Position numbers and translations under genes: made by a program
Shown: piece after piece, positions 9,434 to 19,471 of the stretch
Layout: each line of letters begins with the position of its first letter
Numbering within the stretch: the stretch's first letter is position 1
The notes under the pieces: generated by a model
Databases searched by the model: none
Told to the model about the DNA's origin: nothing
The model's input: only the letters and a program-made list of their open reading frames with translations
IMG/VR virus record: IMGVR_UViG_3300037418_002577
Span: 9,563-73,562 of that record
From: a virus
Taxonomy: Duplodnaviria > Caudoviricetes
DNA length: 64,000 bases
Reading direction: 5' to 3' (one strand)

Positions 9434-10948
9434 TTAGACGTTGACGGGCTCGGGTTGCTCGGCCTTGGCCGGTTGGACTGGGGCAAACTTCGGCAACAGC
9501 TTTTGTGGCTTGTCGGTCAGGATTACGACGCGGTCGGCCTTGTCGCCGTAGGTCTTGCGGACCTTGAACGCAACCGGGCTCGGGTCAATGTTCTGGCCGT
9601 ATTTGGTTTCCGGCCTGAAACCATGTTCGCACACATCGACCGTTTCGTAACGGCTGTAGGTGCCTTTCGAGACTGCCGAATACTCGGCTTGCGTCATTCG
9701 CACGACCGTTGACGGGACGAAATCGCCGTAGACCTTCCCGTACCGCTCCATTTCGGCTTTCTCGTATCGAGACTTCGCCCGGGCGTTCCAATGGGATTGC
9801 AGCCATTCGGCGGCCTCATCGGTCGGATTGATCAACGGAGGGGCTTTCGGCTTGCTGGCCTTTGCCTCGGCCTTCTTCGCTTTCGTGGTCGCCTGGAATG
9901 TCTCACGCTCGGCATCGGTCGGCGCGCGGTAAACATCCTCGCCGGACCGCTCGATATTGACGATCAACTCCCGGATTTTCTGCTGCTCAGCATAGTCAGC
10001 CCAGCCAAACGGGTCGCGACCGTGAACGACAACCGACGTCACCCGCTTGGTTACTGGTGAGCGATTCACACGTAAGACCTGCGCCCAGCCATTGACCGCG
10101 ATTAAGTGGCGTGCGCTTCGGTCCGAACCGACCTTGATCCAGCCGCCCGGCTCAATCTCGACCTCGGCCGCCGTTCCGCCTTCCTCGGCCAGCATCGCCC
10201 GTTCGTAGGTCAGCCGCAATTCGTAATGCTCGACCCATCGCCGGTAAGCCGCCTCAATGGCCGGCAAATCGGCTTGCGGAACCCAACGGCCACCGCGACC
10301 TTTGGGGCCGCACCAGACATGCGGCACTGCCGCGCCGTCGTGCAGATACTCGCCTTTTGCATAGTTGTATTCCTGCTGGTGGATGATGTGCGGCGGGTTG
10401 TCTGTCGGTGTGTACGATGCGACAGCCGCCCGAAGATCAGCCTCAATCGTCAAAATCCGACTGCGCCGCACCGAAGCGGATGATTTATACAGAGCGTGCG
10501 AAATCACACCAGCCGTTCGTTCCTGCCAGTATTCCGCCTTGGACCACTGAGAGACAGCGCGGACCCGACTGCGATCATGTCGCGCGGCTTGGCGCTCGGC
10601 ACGGGCTCGGTTCTGATGCCCGAATGCCGACGGGCCAGACTCGAACGTGTCGGCCGCGCCGCCGGCCTCGGCTCGCCGCTTGTCCCGGTAATCGGAAAAT
10701 CGCTCCGCACGATCGGCGGCCCGTTCCTCGGGGCTGTAATCCTCATCGCCAATGTCTTCGCCTTCGTCCAGGAACTCGCGGGCCAAGTCTTCGCGGCTCG
10801 GCGTCCAGGTCGCCACAAAATCGCAATCCTGTTTCGGCGTGGAAACGAATCCGGCGGCGCGGAGCCGTTCGTAATCGTCGCGCGGCACGCGCCCGACATA
10901 CAGCCGCAGTTTGTTGTCTTCCGGGGAATACGTTGCAGTTGCGGTCAT
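9434..10948 (-). CDS. DUF3560-like protein
   Basis: 'YSPEDNKLRLY...LRAAGF...FVATWTPSREDL...ERAADRAERF' N-terminus recalled as DUF3560; AAGGA RBS. Confidence 0.7.
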   Translation of the reverse strand: MTATATYSPEDNKLRLYVGRVPRDDYERLRAAGFVSTPKQDCDFVATWTPSREDLAREFLDEGEDIGDEDYSPEERAADRAERFSDYRDKRRAEAGGAADTFESGPSAFGHQNRARAERQAARHDRSRVRAVSQWSKAEYWQERTAGVISHALYKSSASVRRSRILTIEADLRAAVASYTPTDNPPHIIHQQEYNYAKGEYLHDGAAVPHVWCGPKGRGGRWVPQADLPAIEAAYRRWVEHYELRLTYERAMLAEEGGTAAEVEIEPGGWIKVGSDRSARHLIAVNGWAQVLRVNRSPVTKRVTSVVVHGRDPFGWADYAEQQKIRELIVNIERSGEDVYRAPTDAERETFQATTKAKKAEAKASKPKAPPLINPTDEAAEWLQSHWNARAKSRYEKAEMERYGKVYGDFVPSTVVRMTQAEYSAVSKGTYSRYETVDVCEHGFRPETKYGQNIDPSPVAFKVRKTYGDKADRVVILTDKPQKLLPKFAPVQPAKAEQPEPVNV

Positions 10949-11091
10949 CTGGTTTCCTTTCGCCGCTCCCAGTTGCGGCCATTTTCATTCTAACTCGCCC
11001 CCACTCAGCAGGGGGCCTTGCTTGTCCGGCATCAACCGACCAATGTACCGCGGCGCCAGGTTCCCGGCAATTCCGCGGGGGATTGGGAGGT

Positions 11092-11499
11092 TCAAGCCGG
11101 CCCGTGGGCCTTGGCGTCAATCTGGAAGAAATCCAATCCAGGCCCCATGTAGCTCGCAATTCGTCCATAGATCATGTAGGGGCGATCGATGCCGTTCTCT
11201 TTTGCCTCAACTGCAATCTCGCGATACGTTTGCCGGTCGAGGATTTGCTTGTCGTTCCAAATGATGAACAGCCCCCGCTTCCCGACAGTTCCCACAAGAT
11301 GGCTGGCGCTGGTTTTCTTCTCAACGAATGTTGGAAACATCGGGAGCAAGGAAGCAAGAACCTTGGCTTGACGATCGTATCTCTTGTCGCAAGTTGGGCA
11401 CATATTCAACATGCGACTGCAATACTTATTGCACCGACTGCAGAGTTGCAATCGTCCATCCTTGCTGTACGGTGGCTTCACTGCTGGGCATTTCGTCAT
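11092..11499 (-). CDS. Zn-finger protein with a C-terminal domain resembling the tail of Mod-type DNA methyltransferases
   Basis: CSRC..C...CPTC followed by 'FIIWNDKQILDRQTYREIAVEAKENG..RPYMIYGR...FFQI'. Confidence 0.55.
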   Translation of the reverse strand: MTKCPAVKPPYSKDGRLQLCSRCNKYCSRMLNMCPTCDKRYDRQAKVLASLLPMFPTFVEKKTSASHLVGTVGKRGLFIIWNDKQILDRQTYREIAVEAKENGIDRPYMIYGRIASYMGPGLDFFQIDAKAHGPA

Positions 11500-11587
11500 G
11501 GCTTGGGCTTCCTTCGCGTTCTTGGGGTTCGAGACAGGGAAAGTATCGTCTGGGGCGCAAACGAGCGCCACGGGGCACGCCAGGCGT

Positions 11588-11797
11588 TCAGGCGCGTACG
11601 TGCATCAACTCGCGACCGTGCGGCACGTCGCGTGGATCGTCGGCCAGCAGCAGCGATTCGATCAAGACCTGCACGCGGGCCGCGATGTAGCCAGCGTCAT
11701 CGGTTGTAATGCCGGGCTCACCGTCAAGCATCTCGAAAACATCATTGCAGACGTCTTCGGCCAGTAATTCGACTCGCGATCGGTGCATCGTCATCAT
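11588..11797 (-). CDS. acidic hypothetical protein
   Basis: GGAG RBS, 69 aa. Confidence 0.55.
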   Translation of the reverse strand: MMTMHRSRVELLAEDVCNDVFEMLDGEPGITTDDAGYIAARVQVLIESLLLADDPRDVPHGRELMHVRA

Positions 11798-11884
11798 CTC
11801 CGGAAAAGACCTGGGGGAACCAGCAGGGAACATCATCGCGCCGGCTTGCACCTCGGCGCGGGGGGTAAGCTGATTGCGCTTCGA

Positions 11885-12112
11885 TCAATAAACCAGCACG
11901 CAATCCGGGTGAAGCGTGCGGATATGCTTAATTGAAGATGATTCTTCAGTGGGATAACCGACTGTCCTGCACTCATAGCTGCAGATAAACAACTCATGCA
12001 AAACGTGAATTGGGCGCATAAACCATCTAACATTGTCATCCCATATCGGGGAATCACGGAACACGTCAACCTTGAATGCGTCGAGGTCATCCGCGGCGTA
12101 GCTTGCTGACAT
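11885..12112 (-). CDS. hypothetical protein (AT-rich)
   Basis: GAAAGG RBS; lower GC than flanks. Confidence 0.55.
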   Translation of the reverse strand: MSASYAADDLDAFKVDVFRDSPIWDDNVRWFMRPIHVLHELFICSYECRTVGYPTEESSSIKHIRTLHPDCVLVY

Positions 12113-12153
12113 AGTAGAAACCTTTCGAGTGGGGAGAATGATTCAGAGGGAGC

Positions 12154-12384
12154 CTAAAGGCCGGCCTCATGTCGAACCTGCCGCACGTATGCCCGAAAGA
12201 TCGCACGTGCATGACGATCGTCGTCGGCCTCCTCACGGACGTCAGTTTCCCAGCGATTGCGAAGCGACGTCTTCGTTAGCATCGAAACCACCAGACCATG
12301 CCGCCGCACAATCCACGTCTGCCAGCCATCGGACAATCGCTTGTGGTCGTCACCCAGGACCGGATGCCTCATTGAGCTACCCAT
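12154..12384 (-). CDS. hypothetical protein, first gene downstream of the leftward promoter
   Basis: Start reassigned to 12384 because the longer track ORF runs through the promoter. Confidence 0.45.
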   Translation of the reverse strand: MGSSMRHPVLGDDHKRLSDGWQTWIVRRHGLVVSMLTKTSLRNRWETDVREEADDDRHARAIFRAYVRQVRHEAGL

Positions 12385-12472
12385 GATTGAAACCCCCCAT
12401 ACTGGCATCAGCCCCAGCTTGCTTCGTCGCTTGATGCGACTGGTGCGGCTTTCGTCGGCCGCGATGTTTAAG

Positions 12473-12500
12473 ATTCTACAATCCGTTTCGGCTACGTCAA
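12473..12500 (-). promoter_or_regulatory. sigma70-type promoter of the leftward early operon
   Basis: Minus strand TTGACG-16 nt-TAGAAT with an AT-rich tract upstream (12510-12536). Confidence 0.65.
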
Positions 12501-13615
12501 GCCTCAACCTAAAAGATTTTTCAGAAATATTAAAACTCGCGAGGTCGACCTGCAATCGCCGCCTGCCTGCCGGGTACATTCCGCAACCGACTACCAGCAA
12601 CCAGCTTGCCGTCGCGCGCGAGGAGCGTGGAGATTGCTCTCGCGCGAGCATAGCCGCAGGCTATAGCCGGAGGAGCAGCCTATGAGCATCCTCATGCCAT
12701 GCTCTCACACGCGGCACGTAGTGGATTTGGAGGGGATTGGAGTAGTGATGCGTATAGTCCAACGGGCTACTGTATGGCACGCCTATAGTCCGAACCATCG
12801 TGGGACGCGCAACACATTGCGATGCGGTGGGTTACGTCAATACCATCGGACAATGGGGCCGCGCCCCCGAGTGCGTGGCCGCTTCTAATCCACGTTCCCC
12901 TCTGAGGTTTTGGACCTATCTGGGGCCAAGTCGCGGGGCTGTTCGGTGTTGGTGGATCGGTTGCTGTTCCGGGGCCAAACTCGCTGTTTTTCTCGGTGAA
13001 TCGTGGGCTTCCCGGTGTTGTGTGCTGGCTGTTGAGAGAGTTTCACAGGGCCTGTCCCCGCGAGTTGTTTAGCGTCGTTCGCAGTCTGCGGCGATCTTCC
13101 TCACGACGTTTGTTGTTCCTGGAGTGGAACGGTTGGTTGCTGCTCTCTGAGGAGCTGGGTGATATTCCCAGCGGGAGCGGCCCGGGGTTGCGGGGTGGTG
13201 CTCGTCGCCAGCGGCTTTTCTGGGGGTCGGCTGTTGTTCTGCAGCGGCTTGGTTATGTCCCCCTGTTGGTGGGGGAGCCCGTGGTTAGGGGCGAGCAGTG
13301 CGTATTGTCCCAGGTTGCCGCACATCATGAGGGGAAGGTTGCCAGGGTCTAGGGCTGTAGCCGCGGGGATGTGCTCGCGCGGTGGCTGTGGGGTGGGGGC
13401 TGATGGGTCTGCGGGGTTGATCCTCAAATAAGATGGACTGCGGACGGTCTGGATTGCCGTGCGTCACTGTCTTAGAGGACGGCCGACTTGGGAGTTGGCC
13501 GGGGTCAAAAAGAAAAGGCGACCCCATTTGTTCGGTCAAAACGGGCGGGGCCGCCTGTGAAGTTGCTGGGTTGTCCGATCCGTTTTGACCTGCACCAACT
13601 CTACCGCGATCGGGC

Positions 13616-14047
13616 TCAGGGCGTCAAGGGAGAATTGGCGCCGCGTGGATTGATGTGATCCAAGAAGAGCCCCCACTCCTTGAGGATGCGGTCGATCTGC
13701 TGCTGGTTGCAACTTGCCGCCATTTCGCTTGATGACGACAGAACCACAAGGATCGGGAGCCCCTTCGATATGTCGAAGTCCACCTCGCAAGAGCAGACCT
13801 GGCCGGCGCGGATCGCGGCAATGACCTTGGCCTCCGACTCTGGACTCATGGCTGTTGCGATTTGCTCCAGGCAGTCCGCCACGGATTCGCTTCGACCTCC
13901 GCCCCGGCTGGCCTTGCCGACGTGGCCCGTCTCCAGGCAGGTCGCCGTATCGCCGTCGCCCGCGATCGCCAGATGGCGCACCTCGCCATCGACAACCGCG
14001 TGAACAACCTCGCCCGGGTGGATCATTCCGTAAGTTTTCACTGTCAC
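13616..14047 (-). CDS. hypothetical protein
   Basis: GTG start just after the stop of the DUF1580-like gene. Confidence 0.5.
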   Translation of the reverse strand: MTVKTYGMIHPGEVVHAVVDGEVRHLAIAGDGDTATCLETGHVGKASRGGGRSESVADCLEQIATAMSPESEAKVIAAIRAGQVCSCEVDFDISKGLPILVVLSSSSEMAASCNQQQIDRILKEWGLFLDHINPRGANSPLTP

Positions 14048-14052
14048 TGCAC

Positions 14053-14331
14053 TCACCCCCTTCGGTTGACTTCCTCGAGAAAACGCCGGTACGCCTGCAC
14101 GCTGGTTTTGAGCCCGCCGCCGATGTCCGCGATGTCCAAGTAGACCGCAAGGCCGGTGGCGCGGGCCTTCTTCCCGTAGGTTCCCCACCTGATGAGGGAC
14201 ATGGATGAGGGGTTCCCGGCCAGCCGGGTTCCCTCTCCCAGGGGGACCAAATCCTCCGTCAGCAGCCGAGCAAGAATCTCATCTCCAGGCATGGCCCTGT
14301 CCTCGATTCGTAAAAACAGCATTAAAGACAC
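14053..14331 (-). CDS. DUF1580-like HTH protein (excisionase/Cro-like)
   Basis: 'SLIRWGTYG...V.L....IGGGLKTSVQAYRRFL' matches the planctomycete DUF1580 pattern; the true start may be 14290. Confidence 0.65.
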   Translation of the reverse strand: MSLMLFLRIEDRAMPGDEILARLLTEDLVPLGEGTRLAGNPSSMSLIRWGTYGKKARATGLAVYLDIADIGGGLKTSVQAYRRFLEEVNRRG

Positions 14332-14425
14332 GATTGAATAATATGATGAATATGTAACAGATTTGCCAGATGAATACGACGGTAATTAATTACATAGTCC
14401 TAATTGGAGTTGCAAATTGATTCGC
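14332..14425. promoter_or_regulatory. AT-rich divergent control region
   Basis: Strongly AT-rich island between the leftward gene and the rightward capsid operon. Confidence 0.5.
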
Positions 14426-14459
14426 GCGCCTCCCCCCAAGCCGAAAATCAGGTGTCCCG

Positions 14460-15731
14460 ATGCCTCGCCCCAAAACGCTCAAGCCGTCCAAGGATGCTGC
14501 TCAGACCTCCGCGAATGACGCGGGAACCGACGACAACCAGGGGCTCGGGGCCTCGATGGACCTCGATGAGGTGGTTGGCGATTCCGACGACGACAGCCCG
14601 GGCGACGACGGCAGCGGCGGCGATGATTCCGGCGAGCAGGCCCCGGCCGAGACTGGCGGCGATGATGACTCCGGGGCGGCGGCGGAAGCCCCGCTCAGTT
14701 TTCTCGACCAATTGGCGGCCGAGGGGTTCGAAGGCGTCGCCGATGAGGCGGACGCCCAGGCCCGAATTCTGGAATCGCACCGGCAGCTTCGCGAGCAGAA
14801 CGAGCAATTGCAGCGGATGCAGCCCTACGCTCGGGAGCACATCGAGCTGTACCGCGACCCCGCCTTCCAGGCGTTCATGGCCCAGCGCCAGCAGCCGGCC
14901 GGACATCGCGACCTGCCCCAGAACGGAACCGCACAACCCGCCGGCCAGCCACAGCAGCCGGCGCAGGAAACCCCCGCCGAATCGTGGTGGAACCCGCCGA
15001 AAGTAGACCAGCGGAAAGTAGACCTCTACAGGGAAATCCGCGAGGACGAGAACGGAAACCGAAAGGTTTATTGGGCCGACGACACTCCGTTGTCACTTAG
15101 ATCCGCTGTCGCAGAGAAGGAGGCGTACCATGCTGAGTGGGCCGCCAAGTTGGTGAATGAGCCAGATGAAGCATTTGAGTCGTTCTACAAACCGCGGCGG
15201 CGCAAGGATTTTGAGGACGAAGAGTATCTGAAGCTCCTTGATCAAAGGATTGACGCGCGATTCGGTCGTGTTCAAGAGCAACAGACCGAGCAGCAGTTCC
15301 TCGACCAACTCGGCGAGCAGAACCCTTGGCTCTGGAAGACGGACCCCCGCACGCAGCAGCCGCTCATCAACCCAGTGACCCATCAGGCCGAACTCAGCCC
15401 CCAGGGCCAGCGCGCGTTCGAACTCACGGCCGAAGCCGAGGCGATGGGCATCAAGTCGCCCCAGGATCAATGGCGCTACGCCGAGCGGATGCTCAAGGTC
15501 GAGCAGTTCGAGGCGACCCAAGGCCAGCAGACGCAGGGCCAGCAGACTCAGCAGCGGATCCAGGATCAACGTCAGAAGCATCTTCGTCGCGGCACGGCCA
15601 ACGGGTTGCCGAGTCGCGGCGGTTCGATTCCGAACGGCACTTCCCCAGGTCGCCGGCCTCAGAACCCAAATCTCAGTTTCGGCCACAGCGCGGCCGCGGC
15701 CCTGGAGCAAAACGGCCTCTCGTTTGAATAG
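14460..15731 (+). CDS. putative capsid scaffolding protein
   Basis: Acidic disordered N-terminus, helical Gln-rich body, directly upstream of the major capsid gene. Confidence 0.7.
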   Translation: MPRPKTLKPSKDAAQTSANDAGTDDNQGLGASMDLDEVVGDSDDDSPGDDGSGGDDSGEQAPAETGGDDDSGAAAEAPLSFLDQLAAEGFEGVADEADAQARILESHRQLREQNEQLQRMQPYAREHIELYRDPAFQAFMAQRQQPAGHRDLPQNGTAQPAGQPQQPAQETPAESWWNPPKVDQRKVDLYREIREDENGNRKVYWADDTPLSLRSAVAEKEAYHAEWAAKLVNEPDEAFESFYKPRRRKDFEDEEYLKLLDQRIDARFGRVQEQQTEQQFLDQLGEQNPWLWKTDPRTQQPLINPVTHQAELSPQGQRAFELTAEAEAMGIKSPQDQWRYAERMLKVEQFEATQGQQTQGQQTQQRIQDQRQKHLRRGTANGLPSRGGSIPNGTSPGRRPQNPNLSFGHSAAAALEQNGLSFE

Positions 15732-15768
15732 GCCGGAGTAGCTCCGCAGAACCAAGGGGAGTCCCCAT

Positions 15769-16902
15769 ATGGGCGTCTATCAGAGTTTCAGTCCGCAGGC
15801 GTTCGCGCGGTCGCTCGCGACAACGCTTCCAGACCATATCACCAAGATCGAGGAAGCCTGCTACCGCAACTTCCAACTCTTGGCGTTGATTCAAAACTCC
15901 GGCAATGTGTCCTACAACAACGGCGGCGCCGGATTCACGTGGAACGTGCAGTACCGGAACCACACCGTCGAAGCGAACACGGGCGAAACCCCGCGGAACT
16001 TCTCCCGCAAGAACCTCTGGAAGCGGGCGGAGCTCGAGTACCGCGGCTATGAGGCCACGGACGCGATGCTGAAGCGGGAATACCTGGAGAACCGCGGGAA
16101 GTCCGCAATTATCCGGGTCATGGACGGCTTCGGGGATCGGCTGAAGAAGTCGATCATGCAGGCGCTCGGCACGGAACTGTTCATCGACGGAACCACCGCC
16201 GCCAACTCCCAGGCGTGGCACGGCCTGGAGTCGATGTTCGGGGCGACGCAGACGATCAATATCTCCAGCGGCGTCGCCCGTACTGCCAACGCTCTCGACT
16301 GGGTGGGCGCGCCGAACACCACCTACGCGGGCCTCTCCACGTCGCTCGGAAACTACGGTGGCGACAACGAAGCTGGCGTCTACTGGCCGCTCGGGCTGGC
16401 CGATCCGGAATACGACTTCTGGTCGCCGTTGATCGTCAACTACACGAGCTCGGCGTTCGGCGGGGGGGCGGATACCTGGGCCGCACAGGGCGACGAAGCG
16501 ATGCGATTCGCGATCGTGCATGCCCAGCGCAACAGCACGCTCGACGGCCAGATCACCAACATCATGCTCGATCGGCAGTTGTACTTCGGGCTGCTGAATC
16601 TGTTCGACAACAAAGAGCAGATCCAAGTTACCCCCGAGAACGGGCTGCGGGCGCTCGGCTTCAAGAACGTGCTCGTCTTCGACGGCGTGGAAGTCTCCTG
16701 GGAAGCGGGCGTTCCGAGCAATGTCGGCTACGCGCTCAATTACGCGAACTGCGAGTTGCGGTGCATGAACGACCAGCTCCTGGAACTCGAAGGCCCCGAC
16801 TACGACATGCGCACGCAGTCGTTCAACGTTGTGGCCGGCACGCTCTCGAACCTCAAGTACACGAGCCCTCGGAACTTCGCGAAGTTGGTCACGCTGGCCT
16901 AA
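15769..16902 (+). CDS. major capsid protein (podovirus-associated HK97-fold family)
   Basis: 'LATTL...LLALIQNSGNVSYNNGG...LENRGKSAII...ELFIDGT...HGLESM' pattern; 377 aa. Confidence 0.85.
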   Translation: MGVYQSFSPQAFARSLATTLPDHITKIEEACYRNFQLLALIQNSGNVSYNNGGAGFTWNVQYRNHTVEANTGETPRNFSRKNLWKRAELEYRGYEATDAMLKREYLENRGKSAIIRVMDGFGDRLKKSIMQALGTELFIDGTTAANSQAWHGLESMFGATQTINISSGVARTANALDWVGAPNTTYAGLSTSLGNYGGDNEAGVYWPLGLADPEYDFWSPLIVNYTSSAFGGGADTWAAQGDEAMRFAIVHAQRNSTLDGQITNIMLDRQLYFGLLNLFDNKEQIQVTPENGLRALGFKNVLVFDGVEVSWEAGVPSNVGYALNYANCELRCMNDQLLELEGPDYDMRTQSFNVVAGTLSNLKYTSPRNFAKLVTLA

Positions 16903-16973
16903 ACCGGCGGGGACTGGACGGCGGACCAGGCGACTAAAAACCCGAACACAACCTCTTAATCCAGGGGAAAACC

Positions 16974-17609
16974 ATGTTTCTCGAAGACCCGCCCATGTTT
17001 CTGGGCGAAACCCTCAAGGGTACGGATGCGGATGGCAACCTGATCAACGCCGAACGGCTCGGCCAGATTTTCACACTGCCCTACGGCCGCGTCGCGTCCC
17101 CGCAGGTCCGCGCGGCGAAGGGCCGCTTCACGGGCCACCCGATCACCGCCGTTCTGCTGCGGAACACCTCGGGCGGCGTGCTGCTCGGGAAGCGACTGGG
17201 ACAACTCAGCCGCACGGCCGGCTTCAAGCCTTTGCAGGAAGTCGACGGCTATTCGACCACCTTGGCCAACCAGGGCGTCGTGATCATCGACTCGCAGTTG
17301 GGCTCCGCTGGCGTGGCGTCCAACGACATCTTCTGGGGGATCATCCGCGGGCCGGCCACCATCCTGACTCCGATCGCGGGGGCCGACTTCAACGGTGACA
17401 TCGCGGTCGGCGGGCGGTTGGTGAGTTCGACGGGCACGACCACGGGCGCGACCACTTCCGGCCGCCCCTCGAACGTGACGATGAACGCGACCACGGGCTT
17501 GACCGATGCGTACAAGATGGCCGCGAACGCGATCGGCGTCGCCATGTCCGCCCGAACCACGGGCGAGACGAACGCGGATCTTCTGCTCAACGCCACGATC
17601 GTTTGGTAA
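16974..17609 (+). CDS. putative capsid decoration/cement protein
   Basis: Follows the capsid gene; Gly/Thr/Ala-rich; 'FWGIIRGPA' motif. Confidence 0.65.
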   Translation: MFLEDPPMFLGETLKGTDADGNLINAERLGQIFTLPYGRVASPQVRAAKGRFTGHPITAVLLRNTSGGVLLGKRLGQLSRTAGFKPLQEVDGYSTTLANQGVVIIDSQLGSAGVASNDIFWGIIRGPATILTPIAGADFNGDIAVGGRLVSSTGTTTGATTSGRPSNVTMNATTGLTDAYKMAANAIGVAMSARTTGETNADLLLNATIVW

Positions 17610-17671
17610 CAACGGACGTTTCTGTCTTACGAGCGGTGTACGGCCGCTCGGAAGGCGGACGACTTGGGGCG

Positions 17672-17709
17672 CTGGCCAGAGGCGATTTATCCCTCTGGCC
17701 AGTGTTTTT
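17672..17709 (+). terminator. intrinsic terminator after the capsid operon
   Basis: CTGGCCAGAGG/CCTCTGGCCAG 11-bp stem followed by TGTTTTT. Confidence 0.8.
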
Positions 17710-17812
17710 CCTCAGTCGAGATCGAGAAAGGTGCTGACCGTCAACTGAAAATCTGACCGTCCTACTTGTTGTCTCAGACTCCCAAGTCGTCCCCCAAGAG
17801 GAACCCCAAGTC

Positions 17813-19471
17813 ATGCAGTCCACCCCTGCGCTTAAGCTCAACGTCCTGATCTTCTTTCCGGCCTACGGCGGCAACGGCGGCATTTCGAGCGAGCACCCCG
17901 ACATTCGTCAGTGGGCAGTCGAGACGATCCTGAAGATGAAGGCCGATCCCCGCGTCGGTCAAATCTTCGAGTACACCGTGGCCGATACTCCGATCACGAT
18001 GACTCGCAACCGCGCCGTCGTCGAAGCCCGCCGCCGCGGGGCGCATGTCCTGATCATGGTCGATTCCGACCAGTCGCCCAACAAGCATCGGAACGATCCC
18101 GGCTTCAAGCCGTTCTGGGATGTCGCCTTCACCGAAATCTACAACCACTATCAGGCCGGCCCGCTGGTGATCGGCGCTCCGTACTGCGGGCCGCCAGACG
18201 GCAGCGAGAACGTCTACGTCTTCCAGTGGGATGACCTGGGCGACCGGGCCTCCGAGACGTGCGTCCAACTCAACCAGTACACACGGGCGCAAGCCGCGAT
18301 CATGTCGGGCGTGCAGGAATGCGCCGCGCTGCCGACGGGTCTGATCATGTACGACATGCGGGCCTTCGACCTGATCGAGCCGACCGGGCGCGAACGCCGG
18401 CTGATCCTCGAAGACGTGCAGGCCGGCAAGTTGTCGATCGAGAAGGCGGCCCGCGAACTCCATCAGGGCTGGTTCTATTACGAATGGACCGACCAGACGG
18501 CGAGCGAGAAGGCGAGTACCGAGGACGTCACGAACACGCGGGACATCTCCCTCGCTGGCATGCGAGTCCTGGGTTACAACCCGGTGCGGTGCGCCTGGGA
18601 TTCCTGGGTCGGGCACCACAAGCCTTGGAACGTCGGGAAGCCGAAGCGGACGACCGTCGAGCAGATTTCCAGCATGTTCGCGCATGCCGTCGAGAACGGC
18701 GACTCGATTCGCGAGCGGATCGTGAATGTCGATTTGACCAAGGGGTTCGATCTGTCGCAGGTTCGGGGTTCCGCGCCGGTCTCGCCGCAGCCGGAGTCTG
18801 GCGAGAAGGTCCGCGACCTGTTCGGCCATAAGGTGACATCGTTCGTCCACCAGACTCCGATCGAGCATCTGGAGTCGCTGCGTAACCTCTGCTACGAGGA
18901 GCGTGGCCGCAAGGATCGCGTGATCAACATCTGGGAGATCGGGAGCTGGGTGGGGGAATCCGCGATCGCGATGGCTTCGATTGGCGATGGCGTGCATGTT
19001 CGTTGCGTGGACACCTGGGGCGGAACCAACGGGGACATCACCGGGACCATCGCGAGCCAAGCTAGCTCCAAGGAGATTTACCGGAGGTTTCTGCAAAACA
19101 CCCGCGAGTTGCCGAATATCCATGCGCGCAGGGGTGAGTCCATTGAAGTAGCCAAGGACTTACGGTCCCAAGTGCTCAATTATCCGATCGACCTGATCTT
19201 CATCGACGGCGACCACTCCTACGAAGCAACCAAGGCCGACATCCTCGCATGGTGGCCGCTGCTGGACAATGACGGCGTGATGATCGGCCACGACTTCCAG
19301 ACTCAGCAGTTCCCGGGCGTTGATCGCGCGGTTCGCGAGATCTTCGGCGCATTCGCAACACCGTATGCGATCGGCCCGACCGGCGGATTCTGGATGGTTC
19401 GCAAGGCCGACCTGCACGGCTTCTGCCTCGCCGACATCGAAGAGCGGATCAAGAACATCGCGAGCAAGTAA
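17813..19471 (+). CDS. GT-A-like glycosyltransferase fused to a class I SAM methyltransferase (Methyltransf_24-like)
   Basis: N-terminal 'RNRAV..A...GAHVLIMVDSD' (DxD); C-terminal 'WEIGSWVGES', 'DLIFIDGDHSYE', 'GHDF'. Confidence 0.8.
   Translation: MQSTPALKLNVLIFFPAYGGNGGISSEHPDIRQWAVETILKMKADPRVGQIFEYTVADTPITMTRNRAVVEARRRGAHVLIMVDSDQSPNKHRNDPGFKPFWDVAFTEIYNHYQAGPLVIGAPYCGPPDGSENVYVFQWDDLGDRASETCVQLNQYTRAQAAIMSGVQECAALPTGLIMYDMRAFDLIEPTGRERRLILEDVQAGKLSIEKAARELHQGWFYYEWTDQTASEKASTEDVTNTRDISLAGMRVLGYNPVRCAWDSWVGHHKPWNVGKPKRTTVEQISSMFAHAVENGDSIRERIVNVDLTKGFDLSQVRGSAPVSPQPESGEKVRDLFGHKVTSFVHQTPIEHLESLRNLCYEERGRKDRVINIWEIGSWVGESAIAMASIGDGVHVRCVDTWGGTNGDITGTIASQASSKEIYRRFLQNTRELPNIHARRGESIEVAKDLRSQVLNYPIDLIFIDGDHSYEATKADILAWWPLLDNDGVMIGHDFQTQQFPGVDRAVREIFGAFATPYAIGPTGGFWMVRKADLHGFCLADIEERIKNIASK

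Noticed and set aside
12385-12651. N-terminal half of the 12154-12651 track ORF
   Set aside because: It runs across a clear sigma70 promoter and AT-rich upstream tract
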